Assembly (NCBI GenBank): GCA_034530615.2
Contig: JAVRCV020000025.1
Location: forward strand, 96,001 to 160,000
DNA from: Aulosira sp. ZfuVER01
GTDB lineage: Bacteria; Cyanobacteriota; Cyanobacteriia; Cyanobacteriales; Nostocaceae
Direction of reading: 5' to 3'
Length of the DNA stretch: 64,000 nucleotides
The notes below the pieces were generated by a model. The model was given only the letters and a program-made list of their open reading frames with translations. It was not told where the DNA came from and searched no databases. Made by a program: the position numbers and the translations under genes. Shown in pieces: positions 40,204-50,863 of this stretch. Position 1 is the stretch's first letter. Each line of letters opens with the position of its first letter.

Positions 40204-40419
40204 GTCGCTTTGCTCCAAATTCAAAATCAAAATTCAAAATTCAAGACACCCATAAATAAATTGTGTAGCGCCGCGAGTGAAGCTTGGCGGTTTGGGGCTG
40301 GAATTCTTTTCGTTTTCAGTCATCTGGAATCAGTTAAAAGTCCACTGAGCATTAGAATTCGCTTGCTGATTGAGAATATATCACACAACATATAGGTTAA
40401 TTGATGTAGGAATTGAACT

Positions 40420-40566
40420 ATGGATAAAAAAGAGCTTCTCAAGCGTTATGCAGCCGGACAACGGAACTTCTGTGGTATTGAAATCAGAACACCATTATGC
40501 CCGATGGTAGTATTCAAACTAATTCCTAGTGCGATCGCTCATCGCTCGGAACTTGAGTTAACTTGA
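40420..40566 (+). pseudogene. Truncated N-terminus of a pentapeptide-repeat protein
   Basis: MDKKELLKRYAAGQRNF... with no repeats following. Confidence 0.55.
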
Positions 40567-41639
40567 AAATATTTGAGAACATCATCTGCGATCGCTTCAT
40601 TGCCATCTTTAGCAATTGGTTGGGATAGCTTTGGTTGCAGGAGAGATTGATGCAGAAAATCCCAATCACCTGCAAAAAACTCAGATGGGCTAAGGATTTG
40701 ATGCTGATTATAATTAGTCAACCCTTCTATCAAAAAAGCTGCTTCTGCAAAGCCTTCACGAGTAACGGTAACAATAGGTACTTGCAAACGGGTAGCTTCC
40801 GCAAAAGTACCATAACCAGGTTTAGACACAACTCGCCCACAAATCGGCATAAAGTCTACAGGACGGTGTTGTCGGTCAGTAATTTTCACTAAATTAGGTA
40901 AATCTGGCGCAGATGGATCGAAAACGATGAATTGCCAATCGGGGAAAAGGCGCAGGTTATCATAGGGAAGCTGCTGTAAACCCAAGCCGCCGAAAGTCAG
41001 CAGAATTGTTTTTTCTAGGGGTGCGGTAATCCCCCAACGCGATCGCAAATCATCAGCAGCGTAGCGGGGCGAACCACCTGTTAAGCCTACATCTATAATA
41101 TTGGTAAAAGCTGACATCGGTTCATGAAAAGGGAGACGATAGAGGCGATCGCATTTGGAATAACAATCACTAATCCAGTCAGCAACTTCCAAAAATTCCC
41201 CACTCCAATCTCGATAGATAAAATCCCAGCCGAAGTTACTACTCATCCAGCAGGGAATATTCGCGGCTTTGGCAATTAGGGAAGCGAGAAAGGGAATATC
41301 TGCCAAAATCAAATGGACACGGTTTTGACGGATAAAATTGACTTCTGAAGCAATCAAAGAATGCTGATTTTTCTTAATTTCTAATAACTTTGCTAAAGTG
41401 GCTTCTCGATCCATTGTCAAGCTATCTGCTTGCACCACACCCAAATCATAAGCCCTAGGGCGATGGATAAAATCGCCTTCGATATAGCACTCTAGTAACC
41501 AGCGTGGTGCAGTAGTCACCATAATTAACAGCACTTCGGGACACAACTTTTGAATAGTTGCGGCGACTGATGCCATGCGAGTAGCATGACCAAAACCGTG
41601 GTTAGTAATGGCTATGTATAAAATAGGGCGTTCCATCAT
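40539..41639 (-). CDS. GT-B fold glycosyltransferase
   Basis: HGFGHATR, LLTFGG, VVSKPGYGT..EA. Confidence 0.85.
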   Translation of the reverse strand: MMERPILYIAITNHGFGHATRMASVAATIQKLCPEVLLIMVTTAPRWLLECYIEGDFIHRPRAYDLGVVQADSLTMDREATLAKLLEIKKNQHSLIASEVNFIRQNRVHLILADIPFLASLIAKAANIPCWMSSNFGWDFIYRDWSGEFLEVADWISDCYSKCDRLYRLPFHEPMSAFTNIIDVGLTGGSPRYAADDLRSRWGITAPLEKTILLTFGGLGLQQLPYDNLRLFPDWQFIVFDPSAPDLPNLVKITDRQHRPVDFMPICGRVVSKPGYGTFAEATRLQVPIVTVTREGFAEAAFLIEGLTNYNQHQILSPSEFFAGDWDFLHQSLLQPKLSQPIAKDGNEAIADDVLKYFQVNSSSER

Positions 41640-42669
41640 AGATAATAGAGCATAGCAACAGGCCACAATCAATTTACCGGGTCTTGGTAACTTTTGGTGA
41701 GGATTTGGGAAACTGAGATGGGAAGATGAAGGCGATCGCTCTTACTAGTCCACCACTCCACTCAGAATAGGATGAGTGATGCACAAGAGTAATCATGGTT
41801 TTAAGCGTGAATTAAATGCGTTATAACTCAACGTTGTGGTTTAGTGCTTTATGGCAAAATCATCTCTCCTCAAGTTTTTAGATAGTTTGGCGATCTCAAG
41901 ACAATCTATTTAATATTTCTTTTATAAATAGTCTCTAAAACCCGTGTTTAAAGTAGGTTATCATCAAAGAAAATTCAGGTTTCACAAATAAAATATCAGC
42001 ATTGCCATTACTCAAGCACAAATAGCAGAAATATCAAAAGAGCCGTCAAATAGAAGCAACAGGATTAAAACTGGCTATTAACCGTCCATTAGTTAAGCTT
42101 ATGGGCAAAGGAGTGTTTTATAACTAACCTTCACTAACTGCGTACACCAAGACGCATAAAAAACTGCTTTACTCATGCTGTGGCTTTTCTCAGTTTTCAT
42201 GACCTTAGTAATCTCTGTAATATCAGGCTCTTAAGCCACTCATAGTTCAGGACAATCTAAAAAGTAGAAGGGGTTATAGTAATTGCTGTGTCACCAATTA
42301 TAGTCAAGAAATTGGTTGTAACGGTTTTCTACCCAAACCTGTTCGGTAAGTGAACCTTGAAGAGAACTGAAAAATGCGTTTAGGCTGGGAATGGGTTAAT
42401 CGAGAAAACAAGCGGAAGAATTCACTTTCCACTTCAGACTTAGTACTGCCAACTACTCTTATAGTTATTTTTAGTGAGAAGATTGCCAACTTCATTGATT
42501 TGGCAGTGATTTACTATCTGCAAGCTATTGTCAATTACATCTACTAGACTAGAAGATAGAGATTGACAATAGATGCTGTTTGCTATTCACATCTGTCAAC
42601 TTCTGTCAACTTGCTAAAGTTTTAAAAACAAAGAAATTCGCAATTTTTAAACATTTTTTAGAGGTATTA

Positions 42670-44640
42670 ATGAGTGATAATCCTACTAAACAAGGTGTCA
42701 TCTTAATCGTAGATGATAATCCTACGAATTTAGAATTATTGCTCGATTTTCTAGAAGAATCAGGGTTTAAAGTCTTAGTAGCTGAAGATGGTATAAGTGC
42801 GGTGGAAATGGCAGAATATGCCTCACCAGACTTAATTTTATTGGACGTGTTGATGCCAGAAATCGACGGTTTTGAAACTTGCCGAAGGTTGAAAAGCAAT
42901 CTAGCAACTCAGAATATTCCGGTAATTTTCTTAACTGCGCTTGCAGACAAGCTTGATAAAGTTACAGGGTTAAATTTGGGAGCAGTAGATTATATAACTA
43001 AACCATTAGCACATGACGAGGTTTTAGCTCGAGTTAAGATTCATCTGCGCCTGCAAAATCTCACGAAGAAACTCACCGAGCAAAATGAACTTTTAGAAGC
43101 GGAAATATCTGAACGCAAGCAAGCAGAACAAAAAATCCGCGAACAAGCAGCTTTATTAGATATCACAACAGATGCAATTCTTGTGCAAGATTTGAATAAC
43201 CAAATCCGCTTTTGGAATCAAGGCTCTGAAAATCTGTATGGTTGGAATCTAGAAGAAGCGATCGCCAAAAATTCTAATAAACTGCTTTATCATCCAGATA
43301 CATTATATCAATTGGAAGACATCCAAGAAAGTTTAATGAACTGTGGTTTGTGGCAAGGTGATTTATATCAAATTAACAAAGCAGGTAAAGAAATTATCGT
43401 TTCCAGTCGTTGGACAGTGATGCCCGATTTGGAGGGACAACCCAAATCTATATTAATTGTTAATACTGATATTACCGAGAAAAAACAACTCGAATCGCAG
43501 TTTCTCCGCACACAGCGCATGGAGAGTATTGGTACTTTAGCTAGTGGTATTGCCCATGACTTAAATAATGCGCTCACACCCATGTTGATGATAGTTCAAC
43601 TCTTAGAGATAAAACTTGCCGATGAAAATAGCAAACAATGGCTAGCAATACTAGAAACAAATATTAAACGAGCAGCAGATTTAGTCAAACACGTGCTATG
43701 TTTTTCCCGAGGATTGGAAGGTAAATTTAGCACATTACAGCTAAAAGATGTAATTTTAGAAGTTGAACAAATTGTTAAACAGACATTTTCCAAATCTATT
43801 ACCATAAATGTCGATATTCCCAAGCAAAGCCTTTGGAGTATCTCAGGTGATGCTAATCAGCTGCACCAAGTGCTATTGAACCTTTGCATTAATGCTCGTG
43901 ATGCCATGTCAGATGGCGGTATTATCAAAATTTCTGCCAAAAATGTCTGGATTGACAGTGAATGTGCCCGCAGGAATATTGATGCTCAGGTTGGCCCTTA
44001 TATTTTACTGACCGTAACCGATACAGGAACAGGGATTCCAAAGGAAATAATAGATCGGATTTTTGAGCCTTTTTTCACCACAAAAGAAGTTGGTCAAGGC
44101 ACAGGATTGGGACTGTCAACAGTTATGGGAATTGTCAAAAGTCACAATGGTTTTGTAAAAGTAGTCAGTGAAGTCGGAAAAGGAACTGAGTTTCAGATAT
44201 ATTTGTTAGCTACCCAAACAATTGAAACCGAGGATACATTCACAGACTATGATGACTTCCCCCCAGGAAATGGAGAATTAATTCTGGTTGTTGATGATGA
44301 AGACTCAATTCGTGAGATTACTAAAACTGCTTTAGAAAAAAATGCTTACAAAGTTTTAGTTGCCAGAGATGGAATTGAGGCAGTCGCCTTATATACAAAA
44401 CATAAAGCAGAGATTAGTGTTGTCTTAATTGATATGATGATGCCATCTATGGATGGGCCAATGGCTATCCGGGTACTGAAAAAAATTAATCCCGAAGTCA
44501 AAATTGTAGTAGTTAGTGGTTTGACTTCTAATCATGAATTAATAGCAAATTTAGATAATAGCATTACAACATTTTTACCAAAACCATATACATCACAAGA
44601 ATTATTAAAAAATTTACAGGTTGTACTGCACGCCAGCTAA
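42670..44640 (+). CDS. Hybrid receiver-PAS-histidine kinase-receiver
   Basis: N- and C-terminal receivers, PAS, GIAHDLNN, NARDAM; RBS GAGG. Confidence 0.92.
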   Translation: MSDNPTKQGVILIVDDNPTNLELLLDFLEESGFKVLVAEDGISAVEMAEYASPDLILLDVLMPEIDGFETCRRLKSNLATQNIPVIFLTALADKLDKVTGLNLGAVDYITKPLAHDEVLARVKIHLRLQNLTKKLTEQNELLEAEISERKQAEQKIREQAALLDITTDAILVQDLNNQIRFWNQGSENLYGWNLEEAIAKNSNKLLYHPDTLYQLEDIQESLMNCGLWQGDLYQINKAGKEIIVSSRWTVMPDLEGQPKSILIVNTDITEKKQLESQFLRTQRMESIGTLASGIAHDLNNALTPMLMIVQLLEIKLADENSKQWLAILETNIKRAADLVKHVLCFSRGLEGKFSTLQLKDVILEVEQIVKQTFSKSITINVDIPKQSLWSISGDANQLHQVLLNLCINARDAMSDGGIIKISAKNVWIDSECARRNIDAQVGPYILLTVTDTGTGIPKEIIDRIFEPFFTTKEVGQGTGLGLSTVMGIVKSHNGFVKVVSEVGKGTEFQIYLLATQTIETEDTFTDYDDFPPGNGELILVVDDEDSIREITKTALEKNAYKVLVARDGIEAVALYTKHKAEISVVLIDMMMPSMDGPMAIRVLKKINPEVKIVVVSGLTSNHELIANLDNSITTFLPKPYTSQELLKNLQVVLHAS

Positions 44641-44933
44641 TTCCAATCCTGTTCTTCTTTTTTGCCGCGACTTTTATAAATTCCCCCAACATCGTGGATT
44701 TGGCGAGTTTTCTCAAATAATTGAGCTTCCGTCAAACCCCAACGCTGCAAAACTTTATCCAAGTCTTGTTGAATGTCGCGCGCTCCGGGAAAGCCTTGAT
44801 AACGAATCTTTAGCCGAGCCAGTTCTGCTAAATTGTAGTCTGTCGCCTCTTGAGCTAGTAAAATATCAATAGTAGGGCGATCGCGGTTGTGCAGAGGATG
44901 TTGTTGGTCTTTACTTCTGGCTGCTTCAGCCAT
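44637..44933 (-). CDS. DUF3288-like conserved protein
   Basis: DQQHP..DR, LAELARLKIRYQGFPGARDIQ. Confidence 0.85.
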   Translation of the reverse strand: MAEAARSKDQQHPLHNRDRPTIDILLAQEATDYNLAELARLKIRYQGFPGARDIQQDLDKVLQRWGLTEAQLFEKTRQIHDVGGIYKSRGKKEEQDWN

Positions 44934-45224
44934 ATTGAGTCCTAAGTTACGAGTCCTGAGTTTTAAGTGTAGCTGAGAGATGAGGCACAGAGAAGCCAAA
45001 CATAAACACTGAAGAATTAACAGTAATTTATATAACTTCTCGCATTCTCGGTATCCCACTCAGCAAGTTAGCAACGGCAACCACACCTGAAATCTTACGG
45101 CTCTCACTACTGTCATTCAACTTTAAATAAAGATACATTGTCATTAAGAAAATACATGAAACTTTAGATAAGGGTGAATCGTATCTCACCCAAAGTCCAA
45201 GCAGCAAGGGAGCAAGAACCCGCT

Positions 45225-47675
45225 ATGTTTGAACACTTCACTTCCGAAGCAATTAAAGTAATTATGCTAGCTCAGGAGGAAGCACGTCGCCTGGGACACA
45301 ACTTTGTAGGAACAGAGCAAATTCTCCTTGGGCTGATGGGAGAAGGAACTGGGGTTGCTGCTAAAGTGCTGACCGATTTGGGCGTTACTCTTAAAGACGC
45401 ACGTCGCGAGGTCGAAAAAATTATTGGTAGGGGTTCTGGCTTTGTACCACCGGAAATTCCTTTTACTCCTAAAGTAAAAAGCCTCTTTGAGCAATCGTTT
45501 AAAGAAGCTCATGGTCTGGGGCACAACTACATTAATACAGAACACTTACTCTTAGGTTTAACTGAGGCTGGTGAAGGTGTAGCTGCCAAAGTATTGCAAA
45601 ATCTGGGCGTTGACCTCAAGATCGTCCGCACGGCGGTGATCCGTTATTTAGGTGAAAACGCCACAGTTTACGCTGCGGGTGGTAATCAAAAGCGCACCCA
45701 AGCACTCAGTCTAGAAGAGTTTGGCAGAAATCTTACCAAACTAGCACAAGAAGGTAAGCTTGACCCAATTGTGGGTCGAGAAAAAGAAATTGAACGTGCA
45801 GTTCAAATTCTCGGTCGCCGGACGAAGAGCAATCCCGTGTTGATTGGCGAACCGGGAGTTGGGAAAACAGCGATCGCTGAAGGTTTGGCGCAACGGATAA
45901 TCAACCAAGATGTTCCTGAAGTTTTACTAGACAAGCAAGTAATCAGCCTCGATATGGGCTTGCTAGTCGCCGGAACTCGCTTTCGGGGCGATTTTGAAGA
46001 ACGTATCAAGAAAATCGTGGATGAAATTCGCTCCGTCGGCAATATCATCCTAGTGATTGACGAAATTCATACCTTAGTCGGTGCTGGGGGCACAGAAGGC
46101 GGCTTAGATGCAGCCAATATCCTCAAACCTGCCTTAGCTAGAGGTGAACTCCAGTGCGTCGGTGCAACTACCTTAGATGAGTACCGTCAGCACATTGAGC
46201 GCGATGCAGCCCTAGAGCGGCGTTTCCAACCAATTATGGTAGGCGAACCCACAGTTCCCGAAACCATTGAGATTCTCTACGGCTTGCGGGGAGCATACGA
46301 GCAACATCATAAAGTAACAATTTCTGATGCTGCTGTAGTCGCCGCTGCGCAATTGTCAGACCGCTACATTAGCGATCGCTTTTTGCCAGATAAAGCCATA
46401 GACTTGATTGATGAAGCAGGTTCCCGCGTGCGTCTGCGCAATTCCCAGAGTTCTCCTAACAAAGAACTGAAACAGGAACTCGTTGGTGTCACCAAAGCCA
46501 AAGAAGAAGCAGTCCGACTCCAAAACTTTGACAAAGCAGGTAAGCTGCGCGATCGTGAATTAGAACTGCAAGCAAAACTCAACGGCGATGCTGAAACTGG
46601 CACACCTGCTAAAACTCCCGTTGTAGATGAAGAAGACATCGCCCAAATTGTTGCTTCCTGGACTGGCGTCCCCGTCAACAAGCTTACAGAATCAGAATCC
46701 GAGCTACTGTTACACCTGGAAGACACACTTCATCAACGACTTATCGGTCAAGAACAAGCAGTTACCTCTGTATCTCGTGCTATCCGTCGCGCCCGCGTCG
46801 GCTTAAAGAACCCCAATCGTCCCATCGCCAGCTTTATCTTCTCCGGCCCCACTGGAGTTGGTAAAACAGAATTGGCCAAAGCACTAGCCGCCTACTTCTT
46901 CGGCTCAGAAGAAGCCATGATTCGCCTCGATATGTCCGAGTACATGGAAAGCCACACCGTCTCCAAGCTGATTGGTTCGCCTCCTGGTTACGTAGGCTAC
47001 GACGAAGGCGGGCAACTTACAGAAGCCGTGCGGCGCAAACCATACACAGTGCTGCTATTCGATGAAATCGAAAAAGCACACCCCGATGTATTCAATATGC
47101 TGCTGCAATTGTTGGATGATGGTCAACTCACCGACGCCAAAGGTCGGAAAGTAGACTTCAAGAACACCTTAATTATCTTGACATCTAATATTGGTTCCAA
47201 GGTAATTGAAAAAGGTGGCGGTGGTTTAGGCTTCGATTTCGACAGCCAAGCCGATGCTAGTTACAACCGCATCCGCAACTTGGTAAATGAAGAACTCAAA
47301 GCTTACTTCCGTCCCGAGTTTCTCAACCGTCTGGATGAGATTATCGTCTTCACCCAACTTTCTAAAGATGAAGTCAAGCGAATTGCTGACATTCTCTTAC
47401 GTGAAGTTGCTGGTCGCTTGACAGAAAAAGGAATTACCTTAGAAGTCACAGAACGCTTTAAAGAACGTGTAGTTCAAGAAGGTTACAACCCCAGCTACGG
47501 TGCTAGACCATTACGTCGCGCAATTATGCGCCTGTTAGAAGATTCTCTAGCCGAAGCTTTGCTATCTGGTCACATCATCAGTGGAGATACAGCCATTGCT
47601 GATGTTGACGATGATGGTCAAGTGCAAATCCAAAAATCGGAAAAACGGGAATTACTGTTAGCAAACGTTGGCTAA
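45225..47675 (+). CDS. clpC: ATP-dependent Clp protease ATP-binding subunit (ClpC paralog)
   Basis: Clp-N repeats, [11 protein letters not shown]-like middle domain, [11 protein letters not shown] loop, YGARPL. Confidence 0.95.
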   Translation: MFEHFTSEAIKVIMLAQEEARRLGHNFVGTEQILLGLMGEGTGVAAKVLTDLGVTLKDARREVEKIIGRGSGFVPPEIPFTPKVKSLFEQSFKEAHGLGHNYINTEHLLLGLTEAGEGVAAKVLQNLGVDLKIVRTAVIRYLGENATVYAAGGNQKRTQALSLEEFGRNLTKLAQEGKLDPIVGREKEIERAVQILGRRTKSNPVLIGEPGVGKTAIAEGLAQRIINQDVPEVLLDKQVISLDMGLLVAGTRFRGDFEERIKKIVDEIRSVGNIILVIDEIHTLVGAGGTEGGLDAANILKPALARGELQCVGATTLDEYRQHIERDAALERRFQPIMVGEPTVPETIEILYGLRGAYEQHHKVTISDAAVVAAAQLSDRYISDRFLPDKAIDLIDEAGSRVRLRNSQSSPNKELKQELVGVTKAKEEAVRLQNFDKAGKLRDRELELQAKLNGDAETGTPAKTPVVDEEDIAQIVASWTGVPVNKLTESESELLLHLEDTLHQRLIGQEQAVTSVSRAIRRARVGLKNPNRPIASFIFSGPTGVGKTELAKALAAYFFGSEEAMIRLDMSEYMESHTVSKLIGSPPGYVGYDEGGQLTEAVRRKPYTVLLFDEIEKAHPDVFNMLLQLLDDGQLTDAKGRKVDFKNTLIILTSNIGSKVIEKGGGGLGFDFDSQADASYNRIRNLVNEELKAYFRPEFLNRLDEIIVFTQLSKDEVKRIADILLREVAGRLTEKGITLEVTERFKERVVQEGYNPSYGARPLRRAIMRLLEDSLAEALLSGHIISGDTAIADVDDDGQVQIQKSEKRELLLANVG

Positions 47676-47797
47676 TTTTATACCATGTCACTTTTGCGGT
47701 AACATATGAAAACCATTCCACATCCTGCCTGCCATATAAGAGCAAGAGAGGAGTATCCTTGATAGAACTGAAGTGAAATGGTAATAGCTCTTTTAAA

Positions 47798-47825
47798 CCC
47801 TGGTAGAAATACCAGGGATTTTTTT
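47798..47825 (+). terminator. Intrinsic terminator
   Basis: CCCTGGTA-GAAA-TACCAGGG followed by ATTTTTTT. Confidence 0.85.
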
Positions 47826-48016
47826 AGGCAGGAATTTTTCACAGCAAGGTTTTCTCCTTGTGCCTCCGGTGTACGGAGGAAGCCTCCGCTCAGACTTCTC
47901 TCCTTGTCCCATTTCTCCCCACACTCCCTTCTCCGCCCCTTACCCGTTGCGTATAAAACTTACATCACATCCCCTAAAATTTGGGTATGTTTGGGGATTC
48001 TTATTTAGCTATAAGT

Positions 48017-48030
48017 AGTACAATTGTTCT
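48017..48030 (+). promoter_or_regulatory. Candidate cyanobacterial LexA box
   Basis: AGTACAATTGTTCT fits RGTACNNNDGTWCB, next to a TATAAGT -10-like element. Confidence 0.55.
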
Positions 48031-48144
48031 AGTAGCAAACTTTATTTCCCAACTTCCAGCAACTTGAGTGCGATCGCCTTCTAGGAAGAACCTAAGGCGA
48101 TGGATTTGTTGTGCATATTGGGGATTTTTTTGGAGGTCAACATT

Positions 48145-48822
48145 ATGATCGCACAAGTGCAGAGTGTAATTCCCGTCCAAGTTGACTCTAAAGGCATTAC
48201 AAAATCAGAGTTTGAGCAACACGCCCAAGACAAAGCCAATAACCTCAAAAGTGTTAGTGGAGAAAAATTTTCCTTACTTTCACTGGGTGATGTTACCAAA
48301 ACAATCTTACATCATGCCTTTTGGTTAGCTGAACAAAAACAGCAGCTGTCACTCAAGCAGTACAAAAAACTACTTATTGACCAAGGCTGGAAGGGTGAAG
48401 AAAAAAGGTATCTGAAGATTGCGGCGGTATTTGGTGAGTTTTCGCCTCAAGATTTAGCACAAATTGAACCTTTGACTGTATATCAATTAGCAAATAATAG
48501 TAATAAATACAAGCAAGTTATAGACGCGCTTTTAGATTTGAGTACCATTACTCAAGAAACTGTGCGTTCTTTAGTTAAAGAACATCGAACTCCCAAAGCT
48601 GCAAAACCAAAAAAACCAAGTATTTGGCGACGGACTAAGAATGGCGGCAGGTATTGCCAAATTCCCGCTATTCATGAGGAAGATGAGCGCACAGGCGTAA
48701 CTCTGCAACGCATGATGGATACAGAAGGTTTGAGCGCCCAACAAATCGTAGCAGAAGCCATAGCCTTACGACAGGCATATCAGGAAGGACAGCTAGCTTT
48801 GGTAAACGAAGAAAAAAATTAA
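48145..48822 (+). CDS. Hypothetical protein
   Basis: RBS GGAGG 8 nt before the ATG; 225 aa, basic linker, short C-terminal domain. Confidence 0.75.
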   Translation: MIAQVQSVIPVQVDSKGITKSEFEQHAQDKANNLKSVSGEKFSLLSLGDVTKTILHHAFWLAEQKQQLSLKQYKKLLIDQGWKGEEKRYLKIAAVFGEFSPQDLAQIEPLTVYQLANNSNKYKQVIDALLDLSTITQETVRSLVKEHRTPKAAKPKKPSIWRRTKNGGRYCQIPAIHEEDERTGVTLQRMMDTEGLSAQQIVAEAIALRQAYQEGQLALVNEEKN

Positions 48823-48895
48823 CCAATGGTAGAAGCAGAATTTTGGTTTCATCCCTACTATTAAGACCATAGAAATAAATCGCAGTCTAACTGCT

Positions 48896-49120
48896 GTGGA
48901 ACTTATGGACTTTAAATACAGGTGGAAGAATGGCACCTCGCCAAGTCGAGATGAAGCAGCACGGAATCGCTATTTACTAGATGAGAGCCAGTTTAAGAAT
49001 GAGCAAGACCGCAGGTTAGCTGAGGAAATGGCAAGAAAACATTTAAATGTACCTCTAACAACCCTAGATGAAGACCATTCTGTATTGCCACAAGTTAGGC
49101 CCTCTGAAGAGTCTTGGTAA
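48896..49120 (+). CDS. Short hypothetical ORF, possibly a gene fragment
   Basis: 74-aa protein-like ORF without a clear RBS. Confidence 0.35.
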   Translation: MELMDFKYRWKNGTSPSRDEAARNRYLLDESQFKNEQDRRLAEEMARKHLNVPLTTLDEDHSVLPQVRPSEESW

Positions 49121-49199
49121 GTAGTAACGAATTCTGAATTAATTCTCCTATTCAGCCTCGTATCTCATCGCAGCTAGTGGTTCATCGCAAAAATTTTAA

Positions 49200-49485
49200 T
49201 AAGTTTGTAGTGAGTTAGCGCGGTGAGGCAGTGTGTTGGGTGGGTTCCCCGATTTGTAGCAACTGCCGAACCCGAAGGATTTGGGGGTTCTCCCCCATGC
49301 CCATAATCCTCAGAGGAGACCCTGAGTCCCACATGAGCGACGTTCGCGTTAGCAAAGCGGTAACGACGAAGGAGCGTCAGCGTCTCCCCTTGGGAGAAGG
49401 AGCGTCACTTGTGAACAAGTCTGGCGACCAAACGGAGTTCCTTGGAAACCCGCGCAACGCACTAGCTCCTTTGGAGTTCTGCACA
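49200..49485. repeat. Cluster of nested short dispersed repeats
   Basis: GC-rich mosaic with recurring GAAGGAGCGTCA, TCTCCCTTGGGAGA palindrome, flanked by TTTGTAGTGAG / GCTC..CACA. Confidence 0.6.
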
Positions 49486-49491
49486 GCGGAA

Positions 49492-49758
49492 CTAGTTTTC
49501 AGATGAAACGTTCCCTTTAATTAAACGGTGAAGCAGACGACAAGGCCAAAAGCAGGCTCCACAAATACTGACAGAGGCAATAGCAACAAAAACACGCCAT
49601 TTCTCCTGAAGCGGATTAGTAGACTCTGATATTTGGTCTTGCGTATCTTTGGTTAGTTCCGGCAGAGAATGAGATAGCTGACCAGCAGTACTTACCCCTT
49701 CAATCGCTGCTCCAATTAGATAAGCTATAAGGGCAATACCTAGCCAGTGATTCGTCAT
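49492..49758 (-). CDS. Small membrane hypothetical protein
   Basis: Two hydrophobic segments, WPCRL motif; tandem with the next gene. Confidence 0.65.
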   Translation of the reverse strand: MTNHWLGIALIAYLIGAAIEGVSTAGQLSHSLPELTKDTQDQISESTNPLQEKWRVFVAIASVSICGACFWPCRLLHRLIKGNVSSEN

Positions 49759-49780
49759 ATTGTCTTGGTGAACTTTTGTG

Positions 49781-50017
49781 TTATTGATTCTCTTGCCCTA
49801 TAGATAATCTGCCCTCAGCAGTGTCGCGAATTAAAGGTAGTTTAGATTTTATGTAATTATCAAGGCTGCTATCTGCCTGTTCATCGATTTCTTGCTTGGC
49901 TTTTAATTGTTGAAGGAGCAATTGTACTAAAGCTACATCATCAAACTGGAGTAAGCTGCTGACGTTAGTAGACTCGATTACAGCCCATAGCTGTCGCATC
50001 AATTTGGCAGTGATCAT
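49781..50017 (-). CDS. Small conserved hypothetical protein
   Basis: MRQLWAVIE..LLQFDD..YIKSKLPLIRD; RBS GAGG. Confidence 0.75.
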   Translation of the reverse strand: MITAKLMRQLWAVIESTNVSSLLQFDDVALVQLLLQQLKAKQEIDEQADSSLDNYIKSKLPLIRDTAEGRLSIGQENQ

Positions 50018-50154
50018 GAGTCTCTAACCTCTTAAGCTTTTCTTTATATTTGCACGGTTTCCTTGTTTGTGTCGAATTTTTGCGGAAGAATTAATTATTC
50101 AACACAATTACAAACAATCCAGCAATTTCAATAGCTGTAAAAAATATTTACAGT

Positions 50155-50505
50155 CATTGCGTCAAGCGTAAAGCCTCTGGTATTGCTTTCCTTATGGCAC
50201 AGCCTCTCCTAGAGAAGCCATGTCCGAAGGAATTGATCAAGCGTACCGCTACGAGTTCTCCGTACTCCGATGGAGAAGCAAACTACGTGTAGCGTTCCTA
50301 AGGGAAAGAGTAGGCTTCACTGGTAATGACACGATCTAATTAATTCTGTCCAAGTGCTTATATCAGTGTGAAAAAGAATGCGACAAATACATGAATTAGG
50401 AGAGCAAAGCTTTGCTACGTCGCTACCGCTGCGCTAACACCGCTTTGCGTCTACGTTGTACTCGCGGCGGACATATCATAACTAATTTGCCGGACATGAT
50501 ATCAA
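50155..50505. repeat. Mosaic of SDR/MITE repeats
   Basis: Ends shared with 506-529 (TAATTAATT.TGTC.AAGT.CTTA), 14995 (GAATGCGACA) and 62240-62262 (TAATTTGCCG.ACATGATATCAA). Confidence 0.6.
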
Positions 50506-50863
50506 TCACCGCACATTTACGCAGAAATATCTAGCTAATTAATGGCAACGATTATGTCTAATTACCGAGTTTATAGTGTAATGAGGTGTCATACCCCTGA
50601 TAACAAATAAGGGAAATTACTGTATTATGAGTCAGACAGAAATATTTTCTGGCAAAAATAACTAGTAAATACAAGTAGCCGACTAATAAGGTTACAACTC
50701 TTGACCGCAGGTTTTCATCTCTACTTAGTGGTTAGAGGTTATACGCCATAATATTAAGTAGGTAAGGCACAAGCCCTACCTATTATGAATATGTATTTCA
50801 ATGAATTGTAAAGTTCTAGATTTTTGCCAACCTCGACTTTAGTGTCGGGTAAAAATAAACTTC

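Noticed and set aside
41673..42669. Riboswitch or small gene in the 1-kb intergenic region
   Set aside because: No complete riboswitch consensus (GGCAAA and GACGCA fragments lack the required stems), and ORF 42304-42495 is not protein-like.
47778..48008. 76-aa ORF
   Set aside because: It spans the clpC terminator and repeat sequence.
49231..49506. 91-aa ORF
   Set aside because: It is a translation of the nested repeat mosaic.
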